DNA of 57,961 bases from Rhodanobacteraceae bacterium (GCA_035700365.1 DASSOQ010000005.1:1-57961); one strand, 5' to 3'. Positions 46,670-56,093 are shown, numbered from the stretch's first letter. Made by a program: numbers and translations. The notes: a model not told the origin generated them from the sequence alone.

Positions 46670-48118
46670 ATGTCCACAGCCTTCACCTGCAACCTTGCCG
46701 CTTCCGGGCGTCCCCTCCCCCACGTCTGGAGCCATACCGTCGGCAGCGGCCGCGCGCTGCTCGCGCTGCGCGCCGACTGGCAGGCGCACATGCGCAAGGC
46801 GCACGCCGAGCTCGGCATCCGCTACGTGCGCTTCCACGGGCTCCTCGACGACGAAATGTGCACGTACCTGATCGAGTGCGACCGGGACGTGTACTCGTTC
46901 TTCAACGCCGACCAGATCTTCGATTTCCTGGTTTCGATCGGGATGAAGCCGTTCGTGGAACTCTCGTTCATGCCGACCGCGCTGCAGAGCGGCGGCGATA
47001 CCGTGTTCTTCTACAAGGCCAACGTCACGCCGCCGCGCGACTACGCGAAGTGGGCGGATCTCGTCGCGCGCCTCGTCAAACACTGGATCGCACGCTATGG
47101 CCTGGCGGAAGTGCGCTCGTGGTACTTCGAGGTGTGGAACGAACCCGACCTCGACGCGTTCTGGAAGGGCAAGCAAGCCGACTACTTCAAGCTCTACCAG
47201 TACACCGCCAGCGCCATCAAGGATGTCGACGCGCAACTGCGTGTCGGCGGCCCGGCCACCGCCAACGACGAGTGGATTCCGGGCTTCCTGGAATTTTGCG
47301 AGCTCCAGAAGCTCCCGGCCGATTTCATCTCGACCCATCACTACCCGACCGATTCGCTCGGCAAGCCCGGCGACGACACCGAAACGCAGCTTTCCGATGC
47401 GCCGCGCGACGTGCTGATCCGGCGGGTCCGCGACATGCGCAGGACCGTCGGCGACCGGACGCTCTGCTACACGGAGTGGAACTCCTCGTCCAATCCCTTC
47501 TTCGAGTTCCACGACGAGCCCTACGCCGCCGCGTTCCTGTTCAAGAACATGCTGGACGTCGCCGAGCTCGTGCACTGTTACAGCTGGTGGACGTTCTCGG
47601 ACATCTTCGAGGAGAACTATTTCTCCTCGAAGCCGTTCCACGGCGGCTTCGGCCTCCTGACGATCCACGGCATTCCCAAGCCGAGCTACCGGGCGATGCA
47701 GTTGCTGCATGTGCTCGGCGGCGAACGCTTGCCAGTGGAAGGCTCGCACCCGACCGTGGATGCATGGGCGGTGCGCGGCAATGCCGATCACGTGGACCTC
47801 CTGCTGACCAACCATGCGTTCCCGCGCCACGAGATCGCGGCCGAAACCATCACCTGGCATGTGCAGGGCGCGAGGAAACCGGCCTCGGCGAGCCTGCTTC
47901 GCATCGACGAAGACCATGGCAACAGCCGGCAAGCCTGGCTCGAAATGGGGGCGCCGGATTACCTCGATGCACGCCAGGTAGCCACGCTCGAACAGACCTC
48001 GGCGCCGCATACGAGCCGCGTTCCGGTCAGCACACGCGACGGCGGCTTCGACATCGAGATCAGCCTGCCGCCCCACGCAATCGCCGCGGTGCGGATCGAA
48101 CTGGACCGGGGAGCCTGA
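46670..48118 (+). CDS. GH39-like glycoside hydrolase, no signal peptide
   Basis: TIM-barrel pattern with WYFEVWNEPD (acid/base context) and LCYTEWNSS (nucleophile context) as in GH39 xylosidase/PslG-type enzymes. The N-terminus MSTAFTCNLAASGRPLPHVW is not a signal peptide. Confidence 0.78.
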   Translation: MSTAFTCNLAASGRPLPHVWSHTVGSGRALLALRADWQAHMRKAHAELGIRYVRFHGLLDDEMCTYLIECDRDVYSFFNADQIFDFLVSIGMKPFVELSFMPTALQSGGDTVFFYKANVTPPRDYAKWADLVARLVKHWIARYGLAEVRSWYFEVWNEPDLDAFWKGKQADYFKLYQYTASAIKDVDAQLRVGGPATANDEWIPGFLEFCELQKLPADFISTHHYPTDSLGKPGDDTETQLSDAPRDVLIRRVRDMRRTVGDRTLCYTEWNSSSNPFFEFHDEPYAAAFLFKNMLDVAELVHCYSWWTFSDIFEENYFSSKPFHGGFGLLTIHGIPKPSYRAMQLLHVLGGERLPVEGSHPTVDAWAVRGNADHVDLLLTNHAFPRHEIAAETITWHVQGARKPASASLLRIDEDHGNSRQAWLEMGAPDYLDARQVATLEQTSAPHTSRVPVSTRDGGFDIEISLPPHAIAAVRIELDRGA

Positions 48119-48120
48119 TC

Positions 48121-49521
48121 GTGGCCGCAGGGCGCCGGATGGTCCAGCGTTCGCCGACCGACGAGGCGATGCTCGACGACCTCCAGCGCAAGGCCTTCCG
48201 GTATTTCGAGCACCACGTCGATCCCGCCACCGGTCTTGTCCTCGACTCCACCCGCCCAGGCCAGCCGGTCAGCATCGCCGCGGTCGGTTTTGCGCTTGCC
48301 AGCTACCCGGTCGCCGTGGAGCGCGGCTGGATCCGCCGGAGCACCGCGCTGAAGCACACCCTCGCCGCGCTGAAGTTCTTCGACGAGGCCGACCAGTCGG
48401 GGGCGCCGGACGGCGTCGGCCACCATGGGTTTTTCTACCACTTCCTCGAGCCGAAGACCGGCACGCGTGCCTGGAAGTGCGAGCTGTCCACGATCGATAC
48501 CACGCTGCTGCTGGCGGGTGCGATCCAGGCGGCGGCGTACTTCGACCTCGACACGGCGCACGAGCGCGAAGTGCGCGAGCGCGCGCTGTCGATCTATGCG
48601 CGGATCGACTGGCGCTGGGCGCTCAAGGACAACAACACCATCGCGCTCGGCTGGAAACCCGAGACCGGGTTCCTCGTCTACGGCTGGTGCGGGTACGACG
48701 AGTCGATGATCATGCACGTGCTGGCGCTGGCGGCGCCGCGTTTCCGGATCGAGCCGGTCACCTACGACGCCTGGACCGCGAGCTACCGGTGGCGGCACCT
48801 GTACGGCGAGGACGTGCTGTACGCGGGCCCCCTCTTCATCCACCAGTTCTCGCATATCTGGCTGGACCTGCGCGGGATCCGCGACCGCTTCATGGCCGGC
48901 AAGCACACCGACTACTTCGAGAACAGCCGGGTGGCGACCCAGATCCATCGCCAGTACGCGATCCGCAATCCGCGCAGGTTCGTCGGCTACGAAAAGAACT
49001 GCTGGGGCTTCTCGGCGACGGACGGGCCCGGCAACGTGGTTGCGAAAGTCGCCGGTCGCAGGCGGCAGTTCTACGACTACACCGCCCGCGGCGCGCCGTT
49101 CGGTCCGGACGACGGGACCATTTCGCCGTGGTCGGCGATCGCCTCGCTGCCGTTCGCCCCCGGCATCGTGCTGGAGGAGGTGCGGCACCTCGAGGAGATG
49201 ATCGGCCACGGCCCGCAGGGCTATGGCTTCCACGCCTCGTTCAACCTGTCGTGGCCCGACCTCGATACCCGGGGCGCGCACCGCTACACGCTGAGGAACG
49301 GCAAGCAGGTCGCGTGGGTTTCGCCATGGCACTTCGCGCTGCACCAGGGACCGATCGTGCTGATGATCGAGAACTACCGCAGCGAAATGATCTGGGACCT
49401 GATGCGCCAGTGCGCGCCGATCCGGCTCGGCCTCGAGCGCGCCGGCTTCCAGGGCGGCTGGCTCGACGGAGCGCGCGGCGCCACACCGGACATTCATCGC
49501 AAGGCAAAGGAGTCATCATGA
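48121..49521 (+). CDS. glucoamylase-like / beta-1,2-glucanase (SGL, GH144-like) family protein, no signal peptide
   Basis: FRYFEHHVDPATGLV...SIAAVGFAL...HGFFYHFLEPKTG...STIDTTLLLAG...GYGFHASFN. Visibly homologous to NdvB residues encoded at about 40900-42500. The GTG at 48121 has GGAG 7 nt upstream. The ATG at 48139 is an alternative. Confidence 0.7.
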   Translation: MAAGRRMVQRSPTDEAMLDDLQRKAFRYFEHHVDPATGLVLDSTRPGQPVSIAAVGFALASYPVAVERGWIRRSTALKHTLAALKFFDEADQSGAPDGVGHHGFFYHFLEPKTGTRAWKCELSTIDTTLLLAGAIQAAAYFDLDTAHEREVRERALSIYARIDWRWALKDNNTIALGWKPETGFLVYGWCGYDESMIMHVLALAAPRFRIEPVTYDAWTASYRWRHLYGEDVLYAGPLFIHQFSHIWLDLRGIRDRFMAGKHTDYFENSRVATQIHRQYAIRNPRRFVGYEKNCWGFSATDGPGNVVAKVAGRRRQFYDYTARGAPFGPDDGTISPWSAIASLPFAPGIVLEEVRHLEEMIGHGPQGYGFHASFNLSWPDLDTRGAHRYTLRNGKQVAWVSPWHFALHQGPIVLMIENYRSEMIWDLMRQCAPIRLGLERAGFQGGWLDGARGATPDIHRKAKESS

Positions 49522-50333
49522 ACGCTCAAACGACATCCAGGCTGCTGGAAGGACAAAACGCGCTGGTCACCGGCGCGAATTCCGGCATCGGCGAGGGCAT
49601 CGCCCGCGAACTCGCGGCGCAAGGTGCCAACGTCGCCGTCAATTACGTGGTGCATCCGGAAACCGCGCAGGCGATCTGCGACGACCTCGCCAAGCAGGGC
49701 GTCAAGGCGATCGCGGTAAAAGCCGACGTCAGCCGGGAAGACCAGGTGCAGGCGATGTTCGCCGAAGCCGTCAAGGCGTTCGGCACGCTCGACATCGTCT
49801 GCTCCAACGCCGGCATCCAGCGCGATTCGCGGCTCACCGACATGACGATCGAGCAATGGAACCAGGTGATCGGCGTCAACCTGACCGGCGCGTTCCTGGT
49901 CGCGCGCGAGGCGGCGCGCGATTTCACGCGGCGCGGCATGCGTGACGTCTCGTGCGCGCTCGGCAAGATCATCTTCACCAGCTCCGTGCACCAGATGATC
50001 CCGTGGGCCGGCCACTGCAACTACGCGACCACCAAGGGCGGCATCATGCTGTTGATGGAGTCGATCGCCCAGGAACTCGCGCCGCAGAAGATCCGCGTCA
50101 ACTCGATCTGCCCCGGCGCGATCAAGACCGCGATCAACCGGGCGGCGTGGGCCACCCCCGAAGCGGAGGAGGCGCTGAAGACCCTGATCCCCTGCAAGCG
50201 CGTCGGCGTGCCCGCCGACATCGCCCGGGTCGCCGCCTGGCTCGCCTCCGACCAGGCCGACTACATCTACGGCACCTCGATCTTCGTCGACGGCGGCATG
50301 ACGCTGTTCCCGGGATTCGCGACGGGTGGGTGA
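49518..50333 (+). CDS. SDR-family glucose 1-dehydrogenase homologue
   Basis: The ATG overlaps the upstream stop (ATGA). VTGANSGIG, SNAGI, SSVHQMIPWAGHCNYATTKGG and AAWLASDQADYIYGTSIFVDGGMTLFPGF align along the whole length with Bacillus glucose 1-dehydrogenase as I remember it. Confidence 0.82.
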   Translation: MNAQTTSRLLEGQNALVTGANSGIGEGIARELAAQGANVAVNYVVHPETAQAICDDLAKQGVKAIAVKADVSREDQVQAMFAEAVKAFGTLDIVCSNAGIQRDSRLTDMTIEQWNQVIGVNLTGAFLVAREAARDFTRRGMRDVSCALGKIIFTSSVHQMIPWAGHCNYATTKGGIMLLMESIAQELAPQKIRVNSICPGAIKTAINRAAWATPEAEEALKTLIPCKRVGVPADIARVAAWLASDQADYIYGTSIFVDGGMTLFPGFATGG

Positions 50334-50348
50334 GAAACAGCCGTGGCG

Positions 50349-50849
50349 CTAGACCTCGGCCGTGTCCGCGGCCCGCATGAACACCTTGCACAAAGCCTCC
50401 ATGCCCGCGCGGTCGTCCTCGTCGAAGCGCGCGAGACTCGGGCTGTCGACGTCCCACACGCCCAGCAGCGTGCCGTCGGCCCGGACCAGCGGCACCACGA
50501 CTTCCGAGCGCGAGGCGCCGTCGCAGAAGATGTGGTTGGGGTGGGCGTTGACGTCTTCCACGACCTGGGTCGCCCGGGTCTCGGCCGCGATCCCGCACAC
50601 CCCGCGGCCCATCGCGATGCGGATGCAGGCCGGCCTGCCCTGGAATGGCCCCACCACCAGCTCCCCGCCCTCGAGGAAATAGAACCCGCACCAGTTGATG
50701 TCGGGCAGCGCGTGGAAGGCCAGCGCCGCGAAATTGGCGGCGTTGGCGACAAGGTTGGTCTCGCCGTGCAGCAGGCCCTCGGCCTGCTGGGCCAGTTCGG
50801 CATACAAGCCGGCCTTGTCGGTGGCGGTGATCGGTGCAGCTTCGAACAT
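50349..50849 (-). CDS. msrC: GAF-domain free methionine-(R)-sulfoxide reductase (YebR/MsrC type)
   Basis: DINWCGFYFLEGGELVVGPFQGRPACIRIAMGRGVCG...SEVVVPL...GVWDVDS closely follows E. coli YebR. Confidence 0.85.
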   Translation of the reverse strand: MFEAAPITATDKAGLYAELAQQAEGLLHGETNLVANAANFAALAFHALPDINWCGFYFLEGGELVVGPFQGRPACIRIAMGRGVCGIAAETRATQVVEDVNAHPNHIFCDGASRSEVVVPLVRADGTLLGVWDVDSPSLARFDEDDRAGMEALCKVFMRAADTAEV

Positions 50850-50949
50850 GGTGTCTGTCCTGGAGCGAGGTGCCGTGGGTTAGGCGGCGCGCAGGGCACC
50901 TGCGCGTCCGCTTGAACGAAATGGATTGCGACACCTCTATTATCGCGCG

Positions 50950-51672
50950 ATGCCGGTGCCGCCATCGCCAGCCGAAGCGGATGCGGGACGCGAGCCCGCG
51001 GAGGGCGCGCGCCTCGACAATTTCGTCGACGGCGCGTTCGCATTCGCGATCACCCTGCTGATCATCAGCGGCGGCAGCCTGCCGCGGAATGTCGCCGCCC
51101 TCGAACACGCGCTCCGCGGCATCCCGGCTTTCGCCGCGTGTTTCGGGCAACTGGCGTTCTTCTGGTTCGGCCACGTGCGCTGGCGCGACACCGTGCGGCT
51201 GATCGACGGCACCAGCATGTGGCTGTCGCTGCTGCTGGTGTTCTTCGCGCTGATCTTCGTGTTCCCGTTGCACCTGGTGTTCGCGGGCTTGTTCAGCAGC
51301 GTCACCGGTGGAGCGCTGTCTTCGGACTTTACGAGCGCGCCGGGCAACGCCATTGGCGACACCGCGGCGCTGTTCGTCTGCTACGGCCTGTCGTTCACCT
51401 GCATGGCCGGCACCCTGGCGGGGTTGTACTGGCACGGCGTTCGCGTCGCCGCGCGAAACGGTGACGCGCAATCGTTCGGCCCGCGCCTGCGGCTGGTTCT
51501 GTGGGCCTATGTCGCCGCCGTCGGGCTGCTGTCGACGCTGATGGCGCTGGCGCTGCCGCCGAACATGGGCGCCGTCGACGGCCTTCCGGGATTCGCCTAT
51601 TTCCTGCTCGGCCTCCTCGGTCCGATCATCCATTTCTATCGCAAGCAGCTGGCAAAGAGGCTTCCAACATGA
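50950..51672 (+). CDS. TMEM175/DUF1211-family putative K+ channel
   Basis: RLDNFVDGAFAFAITLLI matches the RxxxFSDGVxAIAITLL helix-1 signature. Six hydrophobic helices. Start is the ATG at 50950 (a TTG at 50926 is also possible). Confidence 0.72.
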   Translation: MPVPPSPAEADAGREPAEGARLDNFVDGAFAFAITLLIISGGSLPRNVAALEHALRGIPAFAACFGQLAFFWFGHVRWRDTVRLIDGTSMWLSLLLVFFALIFVFPLHLVFAGLFSSVTGGALSSDFTSAPGNAIGDTAALFVCYGLSFTCMAGTLAGLYWHGVRVAARNGDAQSFGPRLRLVLWAYVAAVGLLSTLMALALPPNMGAVDGLPGFAYFLLGLLGPIIHFYRKQLAKRLPT

Positions 51673-52364
51673 AGGCAACAGGGGTGTTCATCGCCGGCAC
51701 CGACACCGGCATCGGCAAGACGCGGGCGGCCTGCACGCTGCTGCATGCATTGCGCGCGGCGGGACTGCGCGCCACCGGCATGAAACCGGTCGCGAGTGGC
51801 TGCGAATCCACGCCGGAAGGGCTGCGCAACGAGGACGCGCTGGCACTGATCGAAGCCAGCGACCCGAAACCCGATCGCTACGAGGACTGCAATCCATTCG
51901 CATTCGCGCCGCCGATCTCGCCACACATCGCCGCCGCCGATGCCGAGCGGGAGGTCACGATGCCGCCGATCGAGGATGCCTACGACACCATCGCGCTCGC
52001 CACCGACGCGGTGGTGGTCGAGGGCGTCGGCGGCTGGCTGGCGCCGATCTCCGATTCACTGCGCGCCAACGCAATCCCGCGGCACCTGCGGCTGCCCGTG
52101 ATCCTGGTGGTCGGACTCAAGCTCGGTTGCCTCAATCACGCGCAGCTCACCGCGCGCGCAATCCACGCCGACGATTGCGAACTGATCGGCTGGATCGGCA
52201 ACCGCATCGACCCGGACATGGCGCGGCCCAAGGAAAACCTGGTGACGCTGAACCGCGCGATCGCCGCGCCGTGCCTCGGGGTGATCGCGCATGGCGCCGC
52301 GCCGCTGACGGCGGCGGCCTCGCTGCGGGATGCCGCCGACGCGCTCAGAGCCCTCCGCCGCTGA
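51669..52364 (+). CDS. bioD: dethiobiotin synthase
   Basis: The ATG overlaps the upstream stop (ATGA). FIAGTDTGIGKT P-loop, VVEGVGGW, LGCLNHAQLT. Confidence 0.9.
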   Translation: MKATGVFIAGTDTGIGKTRAACTLLHALRAAGLRATGMKPVASGCESTPEGLRNEDALALIEASDPKPDRYEDCNPFAFAPPISPHIAAADAEREVTMPPIEDAYDTIALATDAVVVEGVGGWLAPISDSLRANAIPRHLRLPVILVVGLKLGCLNHAQLTARAIHADDCELIGWIGNRIDPDMARPKENLVTLNRAIAAPCLGVIAHGAAPLTAAASLRDAADALRALRR

Positions 52365-52402
52365 GCTGCAACCCGGCGGCCCACAGGCGGTTCGCGATTC
52401 AC

Positions 52403-52459
52403 GGTGCCGGGCCGCACCCGGCACCGGTGAAGAACGCGCGCCCCGAGCGGGGGCGCGCG
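52403..52459. terminator. two GC-rich hairpins between convergent bioD and tricorn-like genes (possible bidirectional terminator)
   Basis: GGTGCCGGG-CCGCA-CCCGGCACC (52403-52425) and CGCGCGCCCC-GAGC-GGGGCGCGCG (about 52435-52459). Neither has a clear U-tract. Confidence 0.35.
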
Positions 52460-52465
52460 ACGCCA

Positions 52466-55400
52466 TCAGCCGGCGGGCGCGGTGCTCGCAGCGGGCTTCG
52501 GCCGCATCGCCGGCGGCGCCTTGTCCAGCCCCGGAGGCTGCGGCGGCAGGTTCAGCGGGTGCGCCTGGATTTCCTTTTCCAGCACCTCGATGGCCTTGTC
52601 GAGTTGCGGATCCTTGCCGGCCAGTTGCTGCGCCACGTCTTCCTTCACCACGATGTCGGGTTCGACGCCGTGGCCCTCGACCGCGTACTTGCCGTCGAGC
52701 CCGACGATGGCCGCGAATTGCGGCACGAAGACGTCGCCGCCGTCGATCAGCGGCCCGAGCCCGCCGATACCGACCACCCCGCCCCAGGTGCGGGTGCCGA
52801 TCAGCGGCCCGAGTTTCGCCTGCTTGAACATGTACGAGAAGATGTCGCCGTCCGACGCCGTGGTGCCGTTGCTGAGCGCCGCCAGATGGCCCAGCGGCAC
52901 CGCGCCCGGATAGGTGCCGGTGATCGAACTCCCGCGCGTGTAGTTGTAGGCCAGCAGCTTGCGTGACAGCCGTTCGATCATCGTCTGCGACATGAAGCCG
53001 CCGCCATTGTCGCGCACGTCGATGATCAGGCCCGGCTTGCGCATTTGCGGGTAGTACCACTTGATGAACTCGCGCGCCCCGTCGGCGCCCATGTCCGGAA
53101 TGTGCAGGTAGCCGATCCGGCCATCGCTGGCCTTGGCGACGTATTCGCGGTTGGACTGCACCCAGTCGTAGTAGTGCAGGTCCGTCTCGCTGGCGATGGG
53201 CTTGACCAGCACGGTGCGTGCGCCATCGGTGGTCGGCCGCGAGTTGACCAGAAGCTGGACCATCTGGCCCGGCGCGATCCTCAGCAGCCGGTACGGGTTC
53301 TCGTACCCGGTCAACGGCGTGCCGTTGATCGCGAGGATGTAGTCGCCCGGCTTCACGTCCACGCCGACTTCCGTGAGCGGCGAACGGTAGCGCGGCTCGT
53401 CGTTTTCGCCGGGGAATACGTTCGCGATCTGGTACCGGCCGCTCGCGGCATCCAGCTTGAAGTCAGCGCCGAGCAGGCCGACATGCGGCTTGTCCGGCAG
53501 CCCGAGGTCGCCGCCCGAGATGTAGGTGTGCGAGTTCGACAACTCGGCGACCATTTCGCCCAGCACGTAGTTGAGGTCGGTGCGATCGCCGACGTACTGG
53601 AGCAACGGCTCGTACTTGGCGCGGATCGCGTTCCAGTCGTAGCCGTTCATGTTGGTGACACTGAAATAGTCGCGGTAACGCCGCCACACGTCGTTGAAGA
53701 TCTCGGCGTATTCGGCCTTGGGATCGACGCGCATGAACAGGCCGTCCAGCTTCACGTCCTTCGGCCTGGGCTTGGACGCGTCGAGATCGATCCGCTTGTA
53801 ATCGTCGCCGTCGTGCACCAGCAGCGTCGAGCCGTCCGGCGACAACGCCAGCGGCGCCGCGCCGCCACCGCCTTCGCCACCGCCGCCCTCGGGCTTCCAG
53901 GTGTAGATGTCGCTGTCCTTGCGCTCCTCGAACGACCACGCGTGCACCTTCAGCGGCACCGTCCCTTCGCGGCCAAGGAACGGCGCGCCGGTGGTCGCGT
54001 ACAGGATCGCCTTCGGCGTGACCGCGATCCAGGGGATGTTGTCGGGATCGATCGGCGCGCGCACCAGGCGTTGCTCGATGCCATCGAAATCGATCTTGTC
54101 GTTGACTTCGGAAGCCGGCTTCGGCTGCTTGTGGCCATCCTTGTCCTTGCCTTTTCCTGACGCATCCTTGTTGTCCTCGTCCGCGCCGGTCGCGCTGTCA
54201 TTGCGCGGCGCGAAGGGATTTTCGACGTCCTTGCGCAAGGCGTAGGCGAGGATCTGGGTGGTGCGGTTGGTCGCGTAATCCAGCTCCACGCTGGAGAACT
54301 GCGGCGACCACTCGCGATCGCCGATGAAGAACAGGTATTTTCCGTCGGGCGAAAAGGCCGGCGCGCTGGCGTCGGCATACGCGCGCCCGAGTTCGACGGC
54401 CTTGCCGGAAGCGAGGTCGTACACGTACAGCCGCGACAACTGCGTGTCCTTGTCGGTCAACGAATAGGCGAGGTAATGCCCGCCCGGCGACCATGCATAA
54501 TCGCGCCGCGACTGACCCGGATCCTGCGCGACCACCTGGTCGTTCGCGCCGGCCGAACTGCCGATCACGTGGATGCGGTTGCTGGAATCCACGAACGCGA
54601 TGTGCTTGCCGTCGGGTGACCATTGGGTGTTGTACAGGCGGCCGATCACCCCCTTGGTCAGCATCACGGGGTTGGTGCCGTCGGCATCGCGCACCCACAC
54701 CTCCTCCTCGCCGCTCTGGTCCGAAATGTAGGCCACGCGCTCGCCGTCGGGCGACCACGACACTTCCCGTTCGTGCGCGCCGGGTGTGTGGGTGAGGTCG
54801 AGCGTGATGCCGTGTTCCAGCGGCACGCTGAAGATGTCGCCGCGCGCGGTGAACGCCGCACGCTTTCCATTCGGGCTGAGCGCGTAGTCCTCGATGTACT
54901 TCCTCACGCCGCGCTCGGATGCCCGCGCGGCCACGAGATCGCTCGGCACGTGGATCGTGAGCGCCCGGTCCGTGTCGTTGCGGGTATCGTAGATGTGGAG
55001 CGCGCCGGTCACTTCGTACACGATCTGGCCGGCGGCGTCGCCGCTGGCCCAGCGCGCATCGTCATTCTGGTAATTCGTCAGTTGCGTGGTCTTGCCGTCG
55101 CCGGTGTCGTAGCGGTACAGGTTCAGGTGCGGACCGCGGTCGGACAGGAAATAGATGGACTTGCCGATCCACACCGGGTCGCGGTCGGTGTTGGGATCAT
55201 TGGTGATGTTCTTCGCCGACTTCGAGGCGAAGTCGTAGATGAAGAGATCCTGCGCCCAGCCGCCCTTGTAACGGTCCCAGTCGCGGAAATCGCGGAACTT
55301 GGGCGAATACACCATCTGCTTGCCATCGGGCGAAAACCGCGCGGTGCCCGATTGCGGCATCGGCAGCACGCTCGGCAGGCCGCCGGTGACAGCGACGGTG

Positions 55401-55993
55401 AAGACGCGCGGATCCGAGATGTTGCGCGAGTCGCGCCAAGAACGGAACAGCACGGATTGCCCGTCCGGCGTCCAGCCGTACACCTGGTTGTCGAAGCCCC
55501 AGCGCTGCGGCAGCGGCCCCATCGCGGGATAGAACGTCAGTTGCTTCGGCTCGCCGCCCGCCGCGGGCACCACGTATACCTGGCTGTCGCCGCCGTACTG
55601 GCCGGAGAAGGCGATTTGCGTGCAGTCGGGCGAGAAGCGCGCGGCCATTTCGAGGCCCGGCCCGGCGGTCAGCCGCGTCGCGGTGCCGCCACGCGTCGAG
55701 GTGGTCCACAAATCGCCCGCGTACGTGAACACCACGCGATCGCCGCACACATCGGGGAAGCGCAGCAGGCGCGTGCCTTCGACAGCCGCACCCGTGTGGG
55801 CGATGGCGCCCGTGCTGGTGGCGGACGCCGGTGGTGGCGCAGCCGGCGTCACCGGCGCGGTGCTCCCGGCCGGCACGGACGTCGACGTGTCGCCCGGCGC
55901 GGGGGGCGAAGGCGACTGCGAACAGGCGGCCAATCCAGCACCGGCCAGCAGCGCGCAGCCCGCGAGAACGCACTTGCGGATCGTGGATGACAT
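52466..55993 (-). CDS. tricorn-protease-like S41 peptidase lipoprotein
   Basis: Trimmed to the ATG at 55993. Lipobox (LAGAGLAAC), then LRFPDVCGDRVVFTYAGDLW... beta-propeller repeats, a PDZ-like region and an S41 core (IIDVRDNGGG). Confidence 0.88.
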   Translation of the reverse strand: MSSTIRKCVLAGCALLAGAGLAACSQSPSPPAPGDTSTSVPAGSTAPVTPAAPPPASATSTGAIAHTGAAVEGTRLLRFPDVCGDRVVFTYAGDLWTTSTRGGTATRLTAGPGLEMAARFSPDCTQIAFSGQYGGDSQVYVVPAAGGEPKQLTFYPAMGPLPQRWGFDNQVYGWTPDGQSVLFRSWRDSRNISDPRVFTVAVTGGLPSVLPMPQSGTARFSPDGKQMVYSPKFRDFRDWDRYKGGWAQDLFIYDFASKSAKNITNDPNTDRDPVWIGKSIYFLSDRGPHLNLYRYDTGDGKTTQLTNYQNDDARWASGDAAGQIVYEVTGALHIYDTRNDTDRALTIHVPSDLVAARASERGVRKYIEDYALSPNGKRAAFTARGDIFSVPLEHGITLDLTHTPGAHEREVSWSPDGERVAYISDQSGEEEVWVRDADGTNPVMLTKGVIGRLYNTQWSPDGKHIAFVDSSNRIHVIGSSAGANDQVVAQDPGQSRRDYAWSPGGHYLAYSLTDKDTQLSRLYVYDLASGKAVELGRAYADASAPAFSPDGKYLFFIGDREWSPQFSSVELDYATNRTTQILAYALRKDVENPFAPRNDSATGADEDNKDASGKGKDKDGHKQPKPASEVNDKIDFDGIEQRLVRAPIDPDNIPWIAVTPKAILYATTGAPFLGREGTVPLKVHAWSFEERKDSDIYTWKPEGGGGEGGGGAAPLALSPDGSTLLVHDGDDYKRIDLDASKPRPKDVKLDGLFMRVDPKAEYAEIFNDVWRRYRDYFSVTNMNGYDWNAIRAKYEPLLQYVGDRTDLNYVLGEMVAELSNSHTYISGGDLGLPDKPHVGLLGADFKLDAASGRYQIANVFPGENDEPRYRSPLTEVGVDVKPGDYILAINGTPLTGYENPYRLLRIAPGQMVQLLVNSRPTTDGARTVLVKPIASETDLHYYDWVQSNREYVAKASDGRIGYLHIPDMGADGAREFIKWYYPQMRKPGLIIDVRDNGGGFMSQTMIERLSRKLLAYNYTRGSSITGTYPGAVPLGHLAALSNGTTASDGDIFSYMFKQAKLGPLIGTRTWGGVVGIGGLGPLIDGGDVFVPQFAAIVGLDGKYAVEGHGVEPDIVVKEDVAQQLAGKDPQLDKAIEVLEKEIQAHPLNLPPQPPGLDKAPPAMRPKPAASTAPAG

Positions 55994-56093
55994 GTCGTGC
56001 CCCTCGTGCCGTGGCGTGGATGGCCTGCTATAGCGGGATTCCGGCCTGCGAGCCAATGCGGAAAGTCATGCTGCGGCATGACTTGCGGCATGG

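Noticed and set aside
40681-46818. 2,045-aa ORF on the minus strand opposite ndvB. Similar giant ORFs occur at 18808..23214(+), 22701..25568(+), 8000..10348(+), 10741..12975(-), 37801..40635(-) and 28220..30322(-).
   Set aside because: Their translations are Arg/Ala/Gly/Pro-rich low-complexity strings with no recognisable motifs. Each lies antisense or out of frame to a gene with clear family motifs. These are typical shadow ORFs of GC-rich DNA.
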